64,000 bases of DNA from Spirochaetia bacterium (lineage in GTDB: Bacteria; Spirochaetota; Spirochaetia; SP-2023), in contig CBDDCK010000005.1 of assembly GCA_965225855.1 (NCBI GenBank), forward strand, positions 736,001 through 800,000. Direction: 5' to 3'. Positions within the stretch are counted from its first letter, which is position 1; each line of letters starts with the position of its first letter. The notes under the pieces were generated by a model, which was given only the letters and a program-made list of their open reading frames with translations, was not told the DNA's origin and ran no database searches. This document shows positions 57,156 to 64,000 of this stretch, piece by piece. Both the position numbers and the translations under genes were made by a program.

Positions 57156-57950
57156 ATGATTCGTTCCCTTTGGACAGCTGCTTCAGGTATGGACAGCACG
57201 CAGCAATATTTTGATACAATTGCCAACAATTTAGCCAATGTGAACACGGTGGGTTATCGTCGAGTTCGTGCAGAGTTTGAAGATTTGCTTTATGCTCATG
57301 AAAAATTGGCAGGAACTCGCGCTACAGATGAGACGGTTCGTCCCCTTGACGTCTCGATTGGGCACGGTAGTCGCGTTTCAGCAACCCAGCGCATTTTCAA
57401 TCAAGGCGTAATTAAAGCTAGCGAAAATCCTGTAGATATAGCGATTCAGGGTGAAGGTTTTTTTCGGTTGGAAATGCCTAATGGCGAATATTCCTACAGT
57501 CGCAATGGAGCCTTTAAAGTCGATGCGAACAAACAAATAGTTACAGCCCAAGGGTTTCGTTTATCTCCAGAAGTTATTTTGCCAGAAAGTATTAACTTGG
57601 AAGAAGATTTGACTATCACTCGCGATGGTAAAGTCAATGTACGGATCAAAGATGATGTTACAGAAGTTGGGCAGATTGAGTTATTTCGTTTTGTAAATCC
57701 AGCGGGTTTAAAAGCTTTAGGTGAAAATGTCTTTCAAGAGACCCAAGCTTCTGGTCAAGCAATTCAAGGTAGCCCCGAAGACGGTAAAGGTATGGGAAGC
57801 CTTTACCAACGTTTTTTAGAATATTCCAATGTCAATATGGCGAAAGAAATGGTCAATATGATAGTCGCAAATAGGGCTTATGAGTTTAATTCTCGGGCAA
57901 TACGAACTAGCGATAGCATGCTCAATACAGCTATCAATATTAAACGCTAG
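57156..57950 (+). CDS. flgG: Flagellar basal-body rod protein FlgG
   Basis: MIRSLWTAASGM, ANNLANVNTVGY, FEDLLY, LEYSNV, RAYEFNS. Confidence 0.95.
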   Translation: MIRSLWTAASGMDSTQQYFDTIANNLANVNTVGYRRVRAEFEDLLYAHEKLAGTRATDETVRPLDVSIGHGSRVSATQRIFNQGVIKASENPVDIAIQGEGFFRLEMPNGEYSYSRNGAFKVDANKQIVTAQGFRLSPEVILPESINLEEDLTITRDGKVNVRIKDDVTEVGQIELFRFVNPAGLKALGENVFQETQASGQAIQGSPEDGKGMGSLYQRFLEYSNVNMAKEMVNMIVANRAYEFNSRAIRTSDSMLNTAINIKR

Positions 57951-57965
57951 GTTTCATGTTCGAAG

Positions 57966-60900
57966 ATGCCTTCCATTCAAGATCTAAATGCCTTTAAGAA
58001 TATAGTAAACCTGCTCGGTAGTGAGCCCGAGGTGGTTCAAGCTAGAGATGAAGCCCTTGAAGATATTCAGCCGGGCGAGAATACTTTACCTTTAATGCCA
58101 GAGCTTTCTGCTATGCGGGAAGCCTTAGAACAAAGAAATCAAGAAGATAGTGAAGATCTTGAAGATAATGAAACCCAAGAACAGATTACTCCTGTAGAAA
58201 ATGAGGTTTTAGAAGAACGGCTCGTAGAAATTGTCATGAATGATGAGCTCGAAGAGCAAGAAAGAGTAGAGCAAGAAGAAAACTTTCTCGAAGAGCAGAT
58301 AGATGAGGAGGCTTTGTATCCTCTTTTCGAAGAATTTGATACGCTTTTTAATGATTCTTCTAATACAGAAAAGCCAGAAGAGAATCCACTGGATGCCCAG
58401 CCATTAGAAGAAACTCAAAAAGAAGTTACGGCTGAAGAATTCGCCCAGCAAAATCAACCCTTTCCTGAAGAAGCTGTACCACAGTCGGTTTACGAAATGC
58501 TGAATACGGGATTTGGAGAATTGGATAGTGAGAGGCTAAGTACAGAAATATTAGATGATAAAGCTGTAGAAGATATAACTCCAGAAGAACTAGAAACCCC
58601 TCCTATGGCAACAGAAATAGAAGAGCCTACGGAGCCAGAAAAACCTCCGATTTTAGCAGAGACCGAAGACTTGCCAACCGATCTGGCTGAAGATGAATTT
58701 AATCCATGGGATGAGTTCGATGATGTAGAAAATTTAGAAGAAAACACTCAAGAAGATGTAGCTTCATACAGCACTGATATAAGTACTTATGATGGCTATA
58801 AAGAAAATACTTCTGAACAGCCTTTATCGGCTCATCAACGTATTCTCCATTTAGAAGAAGCCATCAAAGAGCACCGTAATGTAGACCTGCTTAATGTCAA
58901 TGAAGAACAAATTGAGCAAGAAGATGAAGAGCTGCAATTTATTATAAATCATGATAATGCTCGCGATTTTCTACTCCAGCTAAGTTCCTACCCGATTGCC
59001 TTAAAAATGGCAATTGAGGAAGAGATTGGCGAAAGGGAACTTAACGAAGAAGCTTTAGAAACATTGGTAGATATGGTTATCAATGGGGTTGCTCCCCGCC
59101 ATGTAGCCAATTACTTTTTTTCCCAAACAGGTAAGCGAATCTTACTACCCAAAGGGCAGCGCTATCATGCAATTGCTAAGAAAGACGATATAAGCTTGCT
59201 CTTCCAGCAGCAATTTACCGATCTTGCGCTGCCTGTAATACGCCTTACTTGTGTTGGTATTGTATTATTAGCTTTGTTATTTTGGTTGCCTTTTTATTAC
59301 ATCTATCGTCCAATACAAGCCTATTCATACTATCAGCAAGGCCATTTGGAAATCCTTCGCGATAATTTTAGTCAAGCTGAAAGATTTTTTACCCTTGCAA
59401 CGTATGGTTGGCCTTTGTTCAATGATACTTTTTTTGTTAAAGGTTGGCCTTTTAGATATTGGTATTTAGAGTATGCCAAAGCTTATGCGCAACGGAAAAG
59501 TTTTGCAGAATCAACTTTTAAATTGCGTGAGACTCTGCGCAACTATCCCGATTATCGGGACGCATGGTTTGAATATATCAATCTTTTAAGCCAAGAAATG
59601 GGGGAATATGCCAAGGCAGAAGACGTTATTCAACAATACTATGATCGTTTTGGGCATGATTATCGCTCTTTAATCATACGAGGGCAAAATTACCTAAATT
59701 GGGGTGAAGTCGATCCCATTTATTATGAAGAGGCCCGTTTAGTATTTAGCGCAACTTATAGTTTGGAAAACAAAGATGATCTTCCGTTACTATATCTTTT
59801 GGATTATTATATACGCACCGAACCGTATAACCCCGATGAAGAACAGCTGCAAAAACTAACATCGTTCTTTTTAGACGCAGACCCCATGGAGCTAGAAGTT
59901 CCTGGGCCACTCTTTTCCCAAGTTATGAGTAAAACGGCGGACTACTATTTAAATCAAGGTCAAATTGAATTGGCCAAAAAATTGTTATTAAATGCTTCAA
60001 AAGTTACCAATAACAGTATGGAAGTTTACCGTTCTTTTGCCAATTATTACAACATTGTGGGCGATAACGAGAAAGAAGAAGAAGCTCTCAATATGTCTTT
60101 ATTTTTCTTGCGTTATCGCGATGATCGAAATACAACACCCAATCTATTGGAAAAATTGTCCCTAACAACACGATATGCGAATTTTCTTATAAAAGATCAG
60201 CAAATATCTAGGACGAATTTTTTGTTCAATGCTCTTTTAACCCAATTACAAAAAACAGAGCAACTCTACTTACATACGAGAAAAGGAGAATTATCTAACA
60301 TTTATGCTATGTTTGGCAATTTTTATTACCAAAATACAACAACCGCTCTCAATTCAGTTTCTTACTATCGAAAAGCAATACAACTAGGAATCCAAGCTCC
60401 TTATCTTCGTTATAACTACGGCTATCAACTATACCAAAAGAATGATTTTAACCATGCTGTCGATCAATTTATCGAGAGTCAAGTACATTTGGCTGAAAAT
60501 AATAAAATTAAATATGCATTGGGTAATAGTTTATTGCAAGCAGGTAATTATAATAGTGCCCAAGGTATTATGGAAGAAGCTTATTCAAGTATACAAGAAG
60601 AATTGCGCACAAGCTATTTACTCGACCCTCAGTATTCTAAGGAAGCCCGAGATCGCTTATTTATGTTAGTGCGATTGGCAAATGATCTAGGGGTTTCATA
60701 TTATCGTGAAACTCTGCGAAGCCCAAACCTCAGTAATGAAGAAACATCAATGGCTTATTTTATCCAAGCTATGGGTTATTTAGATATACTTAGCCGTGAA
60801 AATACGGTTGCTTTAAAATTACCTCCCGAGCTGTTATTTCGGCCGCGTTTGCTAAATAGAAAGAGTATTGAAAATTTAGAAAACAGTATTGCCGCTAAAG

Positions 60901-61049
60901 GCCTTATACCCGGTAGTCTTCCCGATAAAAACTTTAAACAAATTTTAGAAAGTAAAATTATCGCTCCTATTCTCCATAAAGACCTTAAACCATATTCACT
61001 TGATATTCTTGATCCAACTATTCTACAGGAAACTATGGGCTATGAATAA
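57966..61049 (+). CDS. flcA: FlcA-like periplasmic flagellar collar protein
   Basis: MPSIQDLNAFK...LGSEP N-terminus, long acidic cytoplasmic region, LSSYPIALK..IEE motif, single TM, then TPR-rich region; architecture recalled for spirochaete FlcA. Confidence 0.7.
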   Translation: MPSIQDLNAFKNIVNLLGSEPEVVQARDEALEDIQPGENTLPLMPELSAMREALEQRNQEDSEDLEDNETQEQITPVENEVLEERLVEIVMNDELEEQERVEQEENFLEEQIDEEALYPLFEEFDTLFNDSSNTEKPEENPLDAQPLEETQKEVTAEEFAQQNQPFPEEAVPQSVYEMLNTGFGELDSERLSTEILDDKAVEDITPEELETPPMATEIEEPTEPEKPPILAETEDLPTDLAEDEFNPWDEFDDVENLEENTQEDVASYSTDISTYDGYKENTSEQPLSAHQRILHLEEAIKEHRNVDLLNVNEEQIEQEDEELQFIINHDNARDFLLQLSSYPIALKMAIEEEIGERELNEEALETLVDMVINGVAPRHVANYFFSQTGKRILLPKGQRYHAIAKKDDISLLFQQQFTDLALPVIRLTCVGIVLLALLFWLPFYYIYRPIQAYSYYQQGHLEILRDNFSQAERFFTLATYGWPLFNDTFFVKGWPFRYWYLEYAKAYAQRKSFAESTFKLRETLRNYPDYRDAWFEYINLLSQEMGEYAKAEDVIQQYYDRFGHDYRSLIIRGQNYLNWGEVDPIYYEEARLVFSATYSLENKDDLPLLYLLDYYIRTEPYNPDEEQLQKLTSFFLDADPMELEVPGPLFSQVMSKTADYYLNQGQIELAKKLLLNASKVTNNSMEVYRSFANYYNIVGDNEKEEEALNMSLFFLRYRDDRNTTPNLLEKLSLTTRYANFLIKDQQISRTNFLFNALLTQLQKTEQLYLHTRKGELSNIYAMFGNFYYQNTTTALNSVSYYRKAIQLGIQAPYLRYNYGYQLYQKNDFNHAVDQFIESQVHLAENNKIKYALGNSLLQAGNYNSAQGIMEEAYSSIQEELRTSYLLDPQYSKEARDRLFMLVRLANDLGVSYYRETLRSPNLSNEETSMAYFIQAMGYLDILSRENTVALKLPPELLFRPRLLNRKSIENLENSIAAKGLIPGSLPDKNFKQILESKIIAPILHKDLKPYSLDILDPTILQETMGYE

Positions 61050-62175
61050 AAAACTATTGCCACTATTAATTTTACTGCTCCACAGCAGTTTAATCTCCCA
61101 AACTACAGGCGATGATCAATTGTCTCCTGTAGTAGCCGAGCAACAAAACCCTAGTTGGCTGTTATTAGAGCAAGGAAAAATTTTATATCAGCAAAGGGAC
61201 TATGGTGAAGCGTTGCGTAAATTCTTACTAGCAAAGCGTTCTAGCCCTTATGCACCCGAAGCAAACTATTTAATTAGCCGAATTTTCGATGTGGATAATC
61301 ACCTGCGTTTGGCTGTTACACAATTGCAAGAAGCTTTGGATCAAAAAGAATTTTTTTATGATGAGAATGATATATACAAACTTTATATAGTCTTGGCCAA
61401 TATTTACTATCGCCAGCAAGAATTTCACCAATATGAAGCAGCTTTGTTAAAAGCCATTGCCATAGAATTGCCTACAACAACCAAAAGATTCCGTAAAGGC
61501 CGTCAAATCCGTAGTATGTTGCAAACCCAAGGTATTGATAACATACTGTATTACTACGATGATATTTTTTCATATATCGTTCCAGCAACAAATGAATTAG
61601 CCCTTTATTATTATCAGAAGGCTTATTACAACGATAGTTTGCGTTTAGGGCTTTATTCTATTATATCGACATTTTCTCAAGGGATTAAGTACTTACAAGA
61701 ACAACAATATATATCTCGTATCCCCAAAGATATCAACGATTTGTATGAATTAGACCCTGAATATATTATTGATAAGCTGAGTACAGATTTAAAAAGTTTA
61801 GGTGTTGATTACCAGTTTCGCTGGAATTTATCGGATTTATCTTTGGAAGAACCAGAAACACAATTGATCCAAATCATCGGCAAAATTCAAGAAATCGACC
61901 CGCTATATCACTTTAGTTTAATAGGTTATTACCTAAATACATTAGAGCAATATCCAGTAACGCAGGAATTGATATACAAAAATAATTTGTATCGCCATCT
62001 TTATTTTATCGGCTCTGCTCTATCTATCCAGGGGTATATGGACGGTGCCAGCGATATTTTAAATGTCTTAAGCTATTTACCACAAGCAGGAGAATGGCAA
62101 CAACGCTCAATTTCTCAACTGCGCCAATCGTTTATTGACAGACAAGTGCCTTTAGGTACTTACCTGCTAGACTAA
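61042..62175 (+). CDS. Exported TPR-like hypothetical protein
   Basis: Signal peptide MNKKLLPLLILLLHSSLIS; TPR-like helices; overlaps the flcA stop. Confidence 0.65.
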   Translation: MNKKLLPLLILLLHSSLISQTTGDDQLSPVVAEQQNPSWLLLEQGKILYQQRDYGEALRKFLLAKRSSPYAPEANYLISRIFDVDNHLRLAVTQLQEALDQKEFFYDENDIYKLYIVLANIYYRQQEFHQYEAALLKAIAIELPTTTKRFRKGRQIRSMLQTQGIDNILYYYDDIFSYIVPATNELALYYYQKAYYNDSLRLGLYSIISTFSQGIKYLQEQQYISRIPKDINDLYELDPEYIIDKLSTDLKSLGVDYQFRWNLSDLSLEEPETQLIQIIGKIQEIDPLYHFSLIGYYLNTLEQYPVTQELIYKNNLYRHLYFIGSALSIQGYMDGASDILNVLSYLPQAGEWQQRSISQLRQSFIDRQVPLGTYLLD

Positions 62176-62185
62176 TCTTCTGGCT

Positions 62186-63931
62186 ATGGGCTTACTGCAA
62201 TATAATTTATTCAGTAGTTATCTGCGCTCAATCAAAACCAACCCTTTCTTGCTATTATTTGCTGCTGGTTTTTTATTTGCTCTAAGCTTTCCCAGTAGCC
62301 TTGCCCCATTTTCTTTTTGGCCGTTCTCTTTGCTAGGCCGTGTAGTAGAGCAAGGGTTGCCCATTATGGCTTTTGTTTTTGCTTTACCATTGCTCCAAGT
62401 TTTGCAACAATTGCGCAGCTTAGGTCAGTCCATACGCTATGGCGCATTCTATGGTTTTAGTAGTTATTTATTACTTAGCCTTTGGTTGCTCACTTATGAC
62501 TGGATTGCTTTTATTCTCATACCCGGTATTTATCTTTACTATTTTAGTATCTTTTTTACTGCACACTTACTATTGAAAAAAATTATGGCAAAGTATGCCC
62601 TACCCTCTTGCCTCAATTACTTCAGTTTTGTTGCCCTTTGGTTGCTGCTGGAATACTTAAAATCCACGGGTTGGGTGGCATATACTTATGGCAGCTTATT
62701 GTATAGCCATTATTTATATCCCCATATTATTTATTTTAGTCGTAACTTTTTTCTGCAAAACCTTGCTTACATCTTGCTGCTAACACCCTCAATTTGCTGC
62801 CATGCTTGGCTCACAGGGAAAAAACCAAAATTCAAAAAGTGGGGCTTACTGTTTGCAAGTTTAGCCATTGCAATCCTAAATTTGACTTTTATTGCTAAGG
62901 TAGACAATTTTGCTTCTGTGGATTCCCATACGGAATTGTTAAGGCAAACAAACCAAAAAGCCATGCCCACAAGCCCCAATACTCTAAATATTGCTTTGAT
63001 TCAGCACAATATTAATTCTTGGCAAACGGAAAAAAATACCGATCGGCAAGCACTGAATCGTTTATTAGTATTGAGCCGCCAAGCAGAAAAAGCCAATGCC
63101 GAGCTGATCATTTGGTCAGAAACCGCTTTTGTTCCGCGATTCCGTTCATACCGCAATCAAAAGCTTGGCCCGATCAAACAGAGTATAGAGCAATTAGAAC
63201 AGCAATTGCATCAAAATCCAGATACTAATATCGCAAAAAATTTAAACTATTTTCGCCTGCGCTATAATGAAATTTTACTTAGCCATAAGCTACAGAATTA
63301 TTTAAAACAAGTCCAGGCAACCTACTTAATTGGCACCAATGACAACAAAGCCTTTGTCAAAGAAAAACGTTGGGGGCTGTACAATGGTATGTTATTGATT
63401 CGCAATGGCGAAATTTTAGCTACGTATCATAAGAAACGCTTAGTGCCTTTCAGTGAAGAAGCAAAGTTTGAAGACTTATTGCCAGAGCTGAATAATTACT
63501 TGCAAAAAAATAATTTTGCCCAATATAGTTCGGGTACCGGCAGCCCAATAGTGCCAGTACCTTTGCAAAATAAAACTCTTCGCCAACTAAATATTTATGC
63601 TATGATTTGTTATGAAGATTCACTGCCATTGTATTGGCCACACCGTTTATTTACCCCGCCTCAGAAGAGTTCTGTGCTAGCCAAGCAAAACTTTGATATA
63701 TTACTGTCCATTTCTAATGATTCTTGGAGCCCATCGCCGGTTGGTGGTTTACAACATTTAAGTAGCTCGATTAGCCGAGCAGTGGAAACGCAAAAGTATT
63801 TTTTGCGCGGCAGTACTTCAGGGCAAACAACAGCAATAAGCCCTAAGGGCCAGATATTACAGCGTTTGCCCGCTAATGTTCCAGCTATTTTATATTTTCG
63901 CTTGCCTTTGGATAAGCTAAATGGCAGGTAA
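62186..63931 (+). CDS. lnt: Apolipoprotein N-acyltransferase
   Basis: N-terminal TMs; nitrilase triad motifs IIWSETA, K.RLVPFSE, ICYED; SNDSW, RAVE. Confidence 0.9.
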   Translation: MGLLQYNLFSSYLRSIKTNPFLLLFAAGFLFALSFPSSLAPFSFWPFSLLGRVVEQGLPIMAFVFALPLLQVLQQLRSLGQSIRYGAFYGFSSYLLLSLWLLTYDWIAFILIPGIYLYYFSIFFTAHLLLKKIMAKYALPSCLNYFSFVALWLLLEYLKSTGWVAYTYGSLLYSHYLYPHIIYFSRNFFLQNLAYILLLTPSICCHAWLTGKKPKFKKWGLLFASLAIAILNLTFIAKVDNFASVDSHTELLRQTNQKAMPTSPNTLNIALIQHNINSWQTEKNTDRQALNRLLVLSRQAEKANAELIIWSETAFVPRFRSYRNQKLGPIKQSIEQLEQQLHQNPDTNIAKNLNYFRLRYNEILLSHKLQNYLKQVQATYLIGTNDNKAFVKEKRWGLYNGMLLIRNGEILATYHKKRLVPFSEEAKFEDLLPELNNYLQKNNFAQYSSGTGSPIVPVPLQNKTLRQLNIYAMICYEDSLPLYWPHRLFTPPQKSSVLAKQNFDILLSISNDSWSPSPVGGLQHLSSSISRAVETQKYFLRGSTSGQTTAISPKGQILQRLPANVPAILYFRLPLDKLNGR

Positions 63932-64000
63932 GGCGAACCATAGTCAAAATGCAATAAGCAGGCTAATGCTCACTTGACAATTTGTTCTGTAATTATGCTT

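Overview
Bacterial chromosomal DNA, most likely from a spirochaete (flgF-flgG followed by an FlcA-like collar protein; FxsA/WecB-like pair). Housekeeping blocks include argF, folD, argD, yjbQ, recD, a Nudix hydrolase, tRNA-Leu(CAA), dnaX-ybaB-recR, a hybrid Prx-Grx, bolA-grxD, an ABC exporter pair, flgF-flgG-flcA and lnt. There are two accessory zones. (1) 1-14 kb holds an HU-like gene, an Hpy99I-like type II R-M pair, a repeat-built lipoprotein flanked by two different 23-bp-period arrays, and a YidC/sulfatase-like fusion. (2) About 27.4-50.6 kb is an integrase-free defence island: HU-like gene, one type III Res, two HicAB pairs, orphan ParA, then five tandem cassettes. Each cassette starts with a 22-bp-period AATACG array, a conserved promoter/RBS leader and a type III mod copy. 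Three mod copies are intact with different target-recognition regions; two are deleted remnants. Four are overlapped by a 37-aa-repeat TPR gene with variable C-terminal cargo (DUF2971-like or 2-TM domain). A TIR + small membrane protein pair, a GmrSD-like gene and an orphan MTase are interspersed. This cassette array is the best candidate for an undescribed system. dnaX carries a likely -1 frameshift site. All family assignments come from motif recognition by eye; no searches were run.
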